Source: Proteromonas lacertae
Taxonomy: Eukaryota
Direction: 5' to 3'
Assembly (NCBI GenBank): GCA_002245135.1
Contig: NGBS01001187.1
Location: 1-64,000, forward strand
DNA length: 64,000 nucleotides
Made by a program: the position numbers and the translations under genes. The notes under the pieces were generated by a model. It saw nothing but the letters and a program-made list of their open reading frames with translations. It was not told the DNA's origin and made no database searches. Of the stretch, positions 51,449-64,000 are shown piece after piece (the stretch's first letter is position 1; every line of letters begins with the position of its first letter).

Positions 51449-52428
51449 TCAGCTGTTTTTCGTTTTTCTTCTTCTTCAGTAGCTTTTCTCTTTTCTTCTT
51501 CTTCAGCTTGTTTTCGTTTCTTTCTTCTTCTTCAGTCTTTTCTTTTTCTTCTTCTTCAGCTTGTTTTTGTCTTTCTTCTTCTTCAGCTAGCTTTTCGTTT
51601 TTCTTCTTCTTCAGTAGCTTTTCTTTTTCTTCTTCTTTTTTCTTTTCTTCTTCTTCAGCTTTTCGTTTTTCTTCTTCTTTCTCTTTTCTTCTTCTTCAGC
51701 TTTTTTGTCTTTTCTTCTTCAGTAGCTTTTCGTTTTTCTTCTTCTTCAGTAGCTTTTCTCTTTTCTTCTTCTTCAGCTTGTTTTCGTTTCTCTTCTTCCT
51801 CTGCAGCTTTTCGTTTTTCTTCTTCCTTTCTCTTTTCTTCTTCTTCAGTAGCTTTTCGTTTTTCTTCTTCTTCAGTAGCTTTTCTCTTTTCTTCTTCTTC
51901 AGCTTGTTTTCGTTTCTCTTCTTCCTCTGCAGCTTTTCGTTTTTCTTCTTCCTTTCTCTTTTCTTCTTCTTCAGCTTGTTTTTGTCTTTCTTCTTCTTCA
52001 GCTGCTTTTCGTTTTTCTTCTTTTTCTTCTTTATTTTCTTTTTCTTTTTCTTTCCTTTCTACATCATCAATTACTTCTTTCACATCTTGCTTTTTAGAGT
52101 CTTCTTTTTTTTGTTTTTCTTCTTTCTCAAATAACATTTTAGCTTCTTTTGCTTTTCTAGCTTCTTCCAGCTTTTTATTTTCTTCTGCTTTACGTTTTTC
52201 TTCTACTGCTTTCTTCGTCATTTCACTTATTTTTGCTTTAAATTGAGCTCTTCTTTTTTTTTCTTTTTAATAATAGACAAATAGATATATACTAGCATTA
52301 TTTTCATAATCATCCTGTTTTCTCAGAAAATATATGAAGGCAGCTGATGTCACTATTGCAGCTGCACCAGCAAGTAAAATTGTTACTTTATTTGCTATAA
52401 ATAAATAAATAAGAATTGTACAAGGCAT
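50956..52428 (-). CDS. Signal-anchored protein with long EEEEKRK stalk and C-terminal CBM26-like module (copy 2; indels in repeat tract)
   Basis: Spliced MPSNKVTILLAGAAAIVTSAAFIYFLRKQ, roughly 300 aa of charged helix, then the same CBM26-like domain. TAA at 50956-50958. Confidence 0.78.
51440..52030 (-). repeat. Coding minisatellite: 27-nt units (KRK[A/Q][A/T]EEEE) with a 126-nt higher-order repeat
   Basis: The distinctive CTGCAGC marker recurs at 51801 and 51927. Confidence 0.85.
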
Positions 52429-52649
52429 GTGAGACTAGATATTTAAAAACTAAAAATCTGTTTCAAAAATATGTCTGTTTCTTTATTCAAAAGTATAATG
52501 AAAAATGAATGTATGAAGATAAAACATATTGTATTAGAGGTATAATTGTTGTTAATTTCATTTAATGATCAATTATTAATAACTTCTGTAATTTTATTTT
52601 TAAAAATGTAACAGCTAGTTTATTTTGACAGTTTATTTTCTTCATAACA

Positions 52650-53684
52650 ATGCTAAGAAAGAATTTCAATGAGTATAACTCTTCTCAGGCAGTTCCAATG
52701 AGAGAAACAAAAATAAGGAGGACAATATTGGGTGATATTTCAAACGCATATAGAGTTGGAGTAACAAACATAAAAAAGGAGCCAGCCATGAATGTAGGGA
52801 TGTATAATGCAGGCATGATGGAAGGAGTGGATATTAAATACGCAAATAACACTTTTTATACACCAGAATATGCATCTTCGATTATGAAGCATTATTATGA
52901 TGTTGAAAAGAATTTTCAAGTTGATTCAAATTATATGAATATGCAACCTGAAATTAGTTCAAAAATGAGAGGTGTATTAATAGATTGGTTGGTTGATGTT
53001 CATTATAAATTCAAATTACAACCACAAACATTCTATTTGATGGTTAATTATATTGATCGGTACTTAGAACATAAAAGAATACCTAAATGCAAGTTACAGT
53101 TAGTAGGAGTTGTAGCTTTATTTATTGCATCAAAATATGAAGAAATATATTTCCCAACAATAAAAGATTTATGTTATATAACAGCAAATACATACACAAG
53201 AGAAGATATATTACGTATGGAAGTAGATATGATAGGTGCTTTTCACTTTAATTTAACTGTTCCAACTGTTTATAATTTTTTATGTAGATTTATTCAAGTA
53301 TTGGATAGAGGAGATGAATATAATTCAGTGTGTTACTTTTTAGCTGAAAGAACTCAACAAGAGTACAATTTATTACCATTTCTACCTTCACATATTGCTG
53401 CTTGTTGTATTTTATTAGCTAATAGGTATTTGAATTACAAAGAAGAGTGGGATAGTGTTTTACAACATTATACGCATTATACACAAAAAGAATTGGAAAA
53501 ATGTAGTGAACTAATAGAGTATGATATTATTCACACCTCTACAAACCTTCCTGTATATTTTATATTTCGATTTCTTTTATAGGCTGTCTGGAGGAAGTAT
53601 ACTAAATCGGTTAGGAATAAAGCATCACATATAGTATATAAATACTTGCGTTTAGCACCATTAATTCCTCCGACTGAGAGTTAA
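52650..53684 (+). CDS. Mitotic (B-type) cyclin
   Basis: Destruction box RTILGDISN; cyclin box MRGVLIDWLVDVHYKFKL...LQLVGVVALFIASKYEEIY; last exon AVWRKY. Confidence 0.92.
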
Positions 53685-53837
53685 TGCTCATAAAATCTAT
53701 TTTATTTCTTTTACATCCTATTTATAAAATTAATTTATGTTTTTGGGGTAGTTTTCAAAATCATTTGACAAGAAAATAAGGATTTTAAAATTTTCAAAGC
53801 TTGACAAAGTCAAACAATAATATTTTGTGTTTTTTTA

Positions 53838-55245
53838 ATGATGAATATAACATCAACTGAAAGTGATACGTATATCCAGATATTTATGTTCTGTTGTATA
53901 GAGTTTTTCAATTATCACATTCAGAAGATCCTAACTACACAAAGAATAGAAAATCATTGACTAAAGAAAAAGATGTATTAACTAATATGACTATTTTGTA
54001 TATAGAAATTACCCGATAATGAAGTTAAAAAAGTATATTAATATAGTGATTTTGATTTTTTCTATAGTTGAAATTTGAAGATGAAAAAAAATCAAGAGTG
54101 AGAACAACAAAAGTATGTCGAAAACATCTGAGGAAACCTCCTGTTGTAAAAGAAGAGACAGAAAATCAGCCATTTCAATTTGGTAAACACCGTATATCAG
54201 ACAATTCATCTCATTCATTCACATCAGGTTGGAACGACAATTCACGAAAATCATTCACAGATCCATCCACCATTCGTCAGTCCATCTCTCAATCCCCCAA
54301 AGAAAATCCTATATGTAATTACTTCTGCAGAGTTAAAAAGTGTAAAGAAGCTGAAGATTGTATATAATATATATCTATTTATATAATTTTTAGTATTATC
54401 GTTAGAAATCTCACCAGTTGTATCTTGTACAAGAACATCTCATGCTAGTTATGATATACAAACTGCCAAATACATTGGACTACCGAATACAAGCGAAGAA
54501 ATCACAAAAGGAATAAATCAACAGTACAACGTGCCTTACTCCAAGTTACCTAAGGTAAATGTGAAAGGATATGAATGTCCAATAGCTGGAGTGATCGTTA
54601 TGCTAAAAACATCATTAATAAATTTAGATGCGTTTAAAACTGAAGGAATCTTTAGAAAAGAAGGAAATTATCAGATATTAGAAGAGATGAAGAAACAGAT
54701 AAATGATGGGAATTATACAGGATGTGAACAACCTCATATATTGGCTGGATTATTTAAAGTATGCTATTATCATTATATATATATATATATATATATAGCA
54801 ATTTATTCGAGGATTACCAGGAGGATTATTTAATATAATTCCAATACCAGTTATAGAAAAACATAGTAAAGAAACTGTATATATTATTATTATTATTATT
54901 ATTATTATCTTTATAGTGGGAAACTGTTCCAGCATTGATGAGTTATTTCAATAAAGAATATTATTCGTTGTTACTCTATCTTTTAGATACCTTTATTGAA
55001 ATAATAAGTCATCAGGATATTAATTTTATGAATGATGAGAGTATAGCAACTGTAATGGCTCCAAATTTCTATGTTGAATCTGCTAATGTTAATGATATGG
55101 ATTATTTTCATGTTATACAGATGCTTATTCCAGTTATATATCTTTTTTTTAAATTCTTTTAAATGTTAGAGTTTTTTTAATAGTATATAATAAGAATATG
55201 ATTAAATGGAGAGAAAATACTAAGAATAATGATGTAAATATGTAA
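53838..55245 (+). CDS. RhoGAP-domain protein (multi-exon; ends approximate)
   Basis: FKTEGIFRKEG (arginine finger), HILAGLFK spliced to QFIRGLP, and NFMNDESIATVMAPNF. Confidence 0.85.
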
Positions 55246-55332
55246 ATTATTATGTATATAATATATAATATTACTTGTTTCTAAAAAAAACTGTTTTTAA
55301 AACATTATATATAAAACATAATCATTTAATTC

Positions 55333-56420
55333 TTAAGATTTCTGATGTTCTTCACCACAATTGAAACAAACTGTTCTGTTACCAAAATTAGGTTTATCAC
55401 ACTATATATAAATACAAAATAATATATATACTTTTTCACATCTCCAATCTAAATTTTCTGTTTTTATTTTCTTTCCTTTATCTTCAGCAACAGCATCATT
55501 ATCCTCCTCTTCACATTTTCTTTTTCTACTTTTATTATCATTCTCTATTTCCATCATTGATTTTGGATGATTACATCTTAGGTTATATTCTTTATACTCC
55601 ATCCACTTTGGTAATATACTCACACCTGCTATACTTTTAAATATTTCTACTAATATCACTGTATTCGGATTTTTAACATTTACAACATGTTTTGATGGAA
55701 TTAATTCTACTATTAAATTCGTTAATTTTATTCGATTAATATTGTTGTTATTTCTCTTTTCCATTTCTACTCGATACTATTAATATATATATAGAGATTA
55801 TATTATTATATATATACTTCTATTGATTCTTTTTCTGATGAAAAATAACTGGATAATAATGGTTTTATTATTTCGATTATATTCTCTTCTTTTGCAACAC
55901 AGGTCATATTCAATGGTCGAATTTTACAACAATATCGACTTATCTCTTCTTTATTTTCGATTATATCTTTCATTATTTCTTCACATAAGTTACTTACATC
56001 TATTGCTTTGTCTTTAATTCCTACCATTATCACGCCTTTACATCCTGTGTCTATTCTGGATAATATATTCTTATTGTTGTTTTTATTTTTTAATTCATTC
56101 AACTCTGCTTTTATAGCATCAAATGGATTGATTGTTTTACTGTCATCTTCAGAAATATCATCTGTTTCACTATTCTTTTCACTATACTATCATTATTAGA
56201 ACTACATAATTATTTTTGATTATACCCTTTCGATCATTTGATATGCTTCTTTCATTCCCATATTCTCTTTTCCTTGATCACAAGTTAATAATATTCCTTT
56301 TATTCCACTTTTCAACTCACTCTTCGAATTAGCTTTCTATTGTTATATATATTACTAACATTGTGATTATACTTTGTCATTTTTATAGAATCTCTTCCTA
56401 TCTTGTCGTTTAGAAGACAT
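55333..56420 (-). CDS. THUMP-domain protein (THUMPD1/Tan1-like) with C-terminal RanBP2-type zinc finger
   Basis: GIKGILLTCDQGKE, IDTGCKGVIMV, SRYCCKIRPL, HVVNVKNPNTVILVEIFKSIAGVSIL...YKEYNL. Spliced tail DWRCEKCDKPNFGNRTVCFNCG. Confidence 0.87.
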
Positions 56421-56572
56421 TTTTTGAAAAATGATACAAACAATCGATAATATAAATTATTGTTTCGATTGTTTATCTTAACAATCGACTATTAATTTCT
56501 TACTTATTTTACCTTAATTTATCAAAAATATTGTTTGTTATATATCCACAAAAACATAAACACAATCAATTA

Positions 56573-59243
<2,671 letters not shown>

Positions 59244-59355
59244 TAATGACAATTATGATTTGAGAGGAATCAAGCTTAGATTATTTTTAATTAGTGAATT
59301 AAAAGATGATACAGATTGTAATATATGAATATTATTACATTTAATTGTTATATAC

Positions 59356-60490
59356 TTATTCATCAAATCCATGAGGATTTTTAATTTGCCAATTCCAAGC
59401 ATCTTTACACATATCGTCTAAATTTCTTTTAGCAGTCCAATGCAATACTTCATGTGCTTTTTTAGGAATACAATAACAAGAAGGTAAATCGCCTGGTCTT
59501 CTATCAGCCAAAACATGTTTAATAGAATGACCACAAGCTTTTTCAATTCCATGAATAACATCCAACACAGACAAACCAATTCCAGTACCTAGATTAAAAG
59601 CTTCACAAACATGTTTATCACCCTCAAATAACCAATTCAAAGCAGCTACATGTCCTTCAGCTATATCCATTACATGAATATAATCTCTAACACACGTATG
59701 ATCAGGTGTATCATAGTCATGACCAAATACATTCACTAATTCTCTCTGACCACTTGCTACTTGTAAAACAAATGGCATTAAATTAGTAGGAATACCATTA
59801 GGACTTTCTCCAATCAATCCTGATGGATGAGCACCCACTGGATTGAAGTATCTTAATAATACAACCGACATTGCTGGATTAGCTGTGTGCATGTCTGTTA
59901 AGATTTGTTCCATCATAAATTTAGTCCATCCATACGGACAATTCACACCTACACCTGTACCTGATTCTTCTGAAAGTGGCGGCTTTGAATTGCCATAAAC
60001 AGTACAAGAAGATGAAAATATAATACTCATACATTTGTTTTCCTGCATTACTTTTAATAGATTTAAAGTTCCTCCTATGTTGTTGTCGTAATATTTCATT
60101 GGTTCAGCTACACTTTCTGGTACACACTTGTAAGCAGCGAAATGAATTACTGAATCAAACGGACCATGTTCTTTGAATAGTTTGGTCATTGCATCATAAT
60201 CACGAATATCAGCCTATACGAATTTAAGATGTTTATATTATAATACAACAACTAAATCAATCATATCTGGCTTTTTGGATATTTCCTTTATTCTCTCAAA
60301 ACATTTTTTACTATTTTTTGAATGATATTAACAATATACTTTGAATTATTCAAATTATCAACTAATGTAACCTTGTACCCACTTTCTAACAATGAGACTG
60401 CAGTGTGTGAGCCAATAAAGCCATTTCCACCTTTATAAAACATAGAAAATTAAATAAAATACCTGTCAATAGAATATGTTTAGCTGGCAT
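59356..60490 (-). CDS. GALE: UDP-glucose 4-epimerase
   Basis: Spliced ILLTGGNGFIGSHT; VIHFAAYKCVPESV, FSSSCTVYG, PYGWTK, LRYFNPVGAHPSG, VRDYIHVMD. Confidence 0.96.
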
Positions 60491-60565
60491 TGAAATAATT
60501 GAATTTTTATTTTCTATTAAAACTTTCAAATCTATTTTGATCAAGCAATTGGTTTGGTATTTTAG

Positions 60566-61513
60566 ATGTTTTTTTGTTTTATTTGTGCAATCTTATTTTC
60601 AATCGTGATTCTTATATCTGCAACATATTTGTTATCAGGTGTTAAAACGTCTAATCTTAGAAAAAATAATGAAGATAAGCTATACAGTAAAGATAGTGAA
60701 TCAAGTGATAGAGATATCATGAGTAAATATAAATATGGTTATGGATCTGTACATTCAGTATTATGGACATGTCCAATAAACAGACCAGAAATAGATTTGT
60801 TTCATAAAGCTCAGTATAAAGAAGATGAATGGATATTATCATACTATAGAAACAATAGTCTACCGTTATATAATGGCATATTTATAGAGATAGGTGCTTA
60901 TAACGGAGTTCAATATTCAACTACCTATCTATTAGAACAGACATATGGTTGGAGGGGTTTATTAATTGAAGGTTCTTCTATGTATTACCAAGGTCTAATA
61001 AACTCTGGAAGAAATCGCTCTTACAAAATTAACAAAGTAATATGTAATTCATCTCAAGAAGTTATATATAACGAATTAGCTCTAGGATTGAGTGGATTGA
61101 AAAGACATTCATCAAATGCAAGGAATAAATATATAAAGTCACTCAATTCGATAGAAATTAGTGTTAATTGTTCTACAATGAAGAGAATCATCTCAGACTA
61201 TCATTTAACACATATTGATGTATTTTCTTTAGATGTAGAGGGAGCTGAAGCTGAGTTACTTGAAACTTTTGATTGGAAAGTAATTGTAAGATTGTGGTTA
61301 ATAGAAACAAATTATGAGTTAGGAATAGATGAAGCAATAAAAGATGAGAATGTTAGGAAAATAATGAGAAGTCACGGTTATAAATTGATTTATAAGCCTA
61401 TACCACCTGGTGTGAATGAAATATGGGTAAATCCTAATTATGATGAATTGGTTAAGCCTTTACTAGAAAAAGAAAAGAAATATTATAACAATGATGGAAA
61501 AAATTGTGAATAA
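60566..61513 (+). CDS. Type II membrane FkbM-family (Methyltransf_21) SAM methyltransferase
   Basis: N-terminal TM; GIFIEIGAYNG, YGWRGLLIEG, HIDVFSLDVEGAEAELL, WLIE. Intron-free. Confidence 0.88.
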   Translation: MFFCFICAILFSIVILISATYLLSGVKTSNLRKNNEDKLYSKDSESSDRDIMSKYKYGYGSVHSVLWTCPINRPEIDLFHKAQYKEDEWILSYYRNNSLPLYNGIFIEIGAYNGVQYSTTYLLEQTYGWRGLLIEGSSMYYQGLINSGRNRSYKINKVICNSSQEVIYNELALGLSGLKRHSSNARNKYIKSLNSIEISVNCSTMKRIISDYHLTHIDVFSLDVEGAEAELLETFDWKVIVRLWLIETNYELGIDEAIKDENVRKIMRSHGYKLIYKPIPPGVNEIWVNPNYDELVKPLLEKEKKYYNNDGKNCE

Positions 61514-61724
61514 TAGTGTAGATAAATGTATTTATAGATGATAATTCTCTCTAGATATAGTTGTAATTAATTTAATCTTTATAAATATACTAATTTCTAT
61601 TGATTATCATTAATTCACATACAAAAATATATCACACCAACATAAAATAAAATAAATATCAATACGAGAAACATCAAATAGAAGATAATGCAATTAAATA
61701 AATAAAAAATAACTTATTAATAAT

Positions 61725-63805
61725 CTAAACTCTATCTTTTTTATCTATTTCTATTCCACAATGTTTATTCAAATACATAGGCAATTCTCTATGCAAATAA
61801 CTAACAGTCAAAACTCCAGAAACAGCAATTGTAGATGTTCTAGTATGCAAAATTAAACAAGTACTATTTCAACAACATATAAATATAATATATATATACT
61901 TTTCTGATAATTTATTAACATCTACTTGAATCTCTTCATTTTGACCAATTGATATATAAATTTGTTTCAATTGAAAATTGTAAGGATTTGAAGTAATTAT
62001 AACTAGATGTGGTTTTAATGATAAGATAGTATTCATTCTTACATTCTCAGTTGGTTCTGGAGGTGTGTAAATTACATGTACATGACCGTATAATACATTA
62101 TTCTCAATAATTGGAATTAAAAAATTTCCTTCCTTATCCCACACATATACAAATTTTGACATGAAATTTAAATCATATCGTAAAGGCAATATAAGGAATA
62201 TATTATGTGGACGAGGAAATAAAACTACTAAATATTGTAATAATTTTAATATATTTTCATCATATTCATTATTATAATTTCCACTTTCCTGTTTCTTAAA
62301 TACCAATCCAGATATATCAACTACTATTGAATAGTAAGGAGGTAATGGTATATTATAATAAGGAACATCTAATTTATAGAGACGAGGTAATGATTGGTCA
62401 TATTCTTGTCTTGGATATGGATTAATTGGAACATTTTTACCAAAATAATCATTTTCAGGAATATCAATAAAAGTACCATTCTCTAACCATGAGAAATACT
62501 GTGATACTTCAAATGGATAAGGTCCTTTATATTTACTCACAAATTTCCATTTCTCTACTAAACCTGGTCTACCATAAAATTGCTCTTTGAATTTCATTAC
62601 TGATTCTTCAGTGTAAGAATAATGTGTAAAAACTAAACCATTTAATTCAGTCTCAAAGTGTCTAAAACATTTATATCCAAATATATCCATCCATTTATCT
62701 GTACCACTGATTAAATGGTTAATATGCGGAGGTGCATGTAAAGACCAAATATCGCCTTTATCATATCTCCAAGCTCTAATCCATTCATATATATTTTGAT
62801 GAGTTGGTAAATCAGGTGTAATTGTAACATGATAGGGTGTAATGAAATAGTGACAGTGGAAATACATACATCTCTTATTATTATTAGGTTTGTTGAACAG
62901 TTCGTAGATTGTTTCCAGCTGTTCTGTTGTCCAGATTTCATCAACATCTATTTCTATCATTACACATGGAAATTCGATTTGGTGTAACACTTTCAACATT
63001 GTTATCTTATCTTTCCACATCTGTCCATAAAGTGTTCTATGTACAAATACTTCTAATGGATTTTCTTCTTTTAATTTGTTTATATAAATACTTGTACCAT
63101 CATTTGAAATACCTTGATACATTATTGAATCATCAAATTTGTCGGTGGAATATGGTTTCTTACTGTTTGCTCTACCTGCTGCTATTCCTTCAATAATATG
63201 CCATTGGAAATAAAAGTAAGCTTCTTTGAAGATTTTTAAATGATAGGAAATAAACGGCCAACCATTTGCTACTATTGTGTATATTACTACTGGCATGTAT
63301 TGAGATTCAGGATCACTATTTAATATTGGATAAGAATTAATATATACGCATCTGGAGTGTATGTTAGTGAAATACCTAAAGTTGTCATACCCTTTTCTGC
63401 AGTAACTGATCCTTTCTTATAAGGAAATGAATAGGAAAATTGATGTACATCATTGAGTGGAACTGACAATTGTGCAATTGTAGAATGGTTTAGCTGGTCT
63501 TTTACTCTGCATAAAAATGTGTATTTTGTCAACATAGAACCTACAACCAAGTACAAACCCTATTATATGTAATAATTAGAAAGAAAAATAAATACTTTAC
63601 TAATAAGACTATCGAAGTAACTACCGACATCTTGACATGCTAGATCCATTACACCTTGAGTGATAATATTTATTGGGCTTTGTGTAATTTCAGTCTTAAC
63701 ATTTGCAATAAACATTGATCCAAATCCAGTGATGTTGGTTTGAATATTGAAAAAAATAAAATATATTCCACAAAGTATTAGGAATATCACCTGCCCACTA
63801 ATCAT
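61725..63805 (-). CDS. Type II membrane GT-A-fold glycosyltransferase-like protein
   Basis: N-terminal TM (VIFLILCGIYFIFF); YTIVANGWPFISYH, WHIIEG, SNDGT, DxD motif IEIDVDEIW, and VFTHYSY...FKEQFYG. Confidence 0.75.
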
Positions 63806-64000
63806 TTTAAACTCAAAAACCCGAAAACCCAACTTTTCTTTTTCATTCTTCAACTTACATTTGCATTATAAGCATTTTTGTTATTGATATTCTAATTGTA
63901 CTACTAATGCACAACATGAATGACCAAAAATATTAACACTCTCGTTTGGTGAATATTTTTCTGAATTTGTTTCCTTTTTATCCTAATATTGTTTAACTTT

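Noticed and set aside
50404..52246. Plus-strand S/F-rich ORFs (50404, 51368, 51427) and a possible CRISPR-like or telomeric array
   Set aside because: Antisense of the EEEEKRK coding minisatellite, with no unique spacers and in a eukaryotic gene context.

Overview
A very AT-rich, gene-dense eukaryotic nuclear window with about 34 genes or gene fragments. It has short intergenic spacers and many tiny GT-AG introns (mostly 25-45 nt, GTAT donors). The ORF track breaks most genes at these introns, so I rebuilt the gene models by hand. Intron size and gene content suggest a Blastocystis-like stramenopile protist (inference). Housekeeping genes include PDI, a TSC2-like RapGAP, a golgin-84-like protein, kinesin-14, a phosphate carrier, a porin, PDCD2, a DHHC enzyme, cyclin B, RhoGAP, THUMP, NSUN2 and GalE. 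Main unusual observations: (1) two tandem membrane-anchored proteins with an E/K helical stalk ending in a bacterial-type CBM26 starch/glycogen-binding module; (2) a surface protein gene with a duplicated, start-less second terminal exon reachable by an in-phase alternative splice; (3) a pseudokinase-LRR family with phase-1 LRR exons, several exactly 84 nt or multiples of it, twice head-to-head with BTB-BACK-Ig-SPRY genes; (4) a 38.7-43.9 kb zone of broken genes (kinase/Hsp70 chimera, BTB gene with two in-frame TGAs, truncated CLC channel); (5) a GalE + FkbM methyltransferase + bacterial-like glycosyltransferase cluster; (6) a hybrid histidine kinase. The first ~3.2 kb and the low-complexity tracts carry probable indel errors. 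All family assignments come from motif recognition, not database searches.
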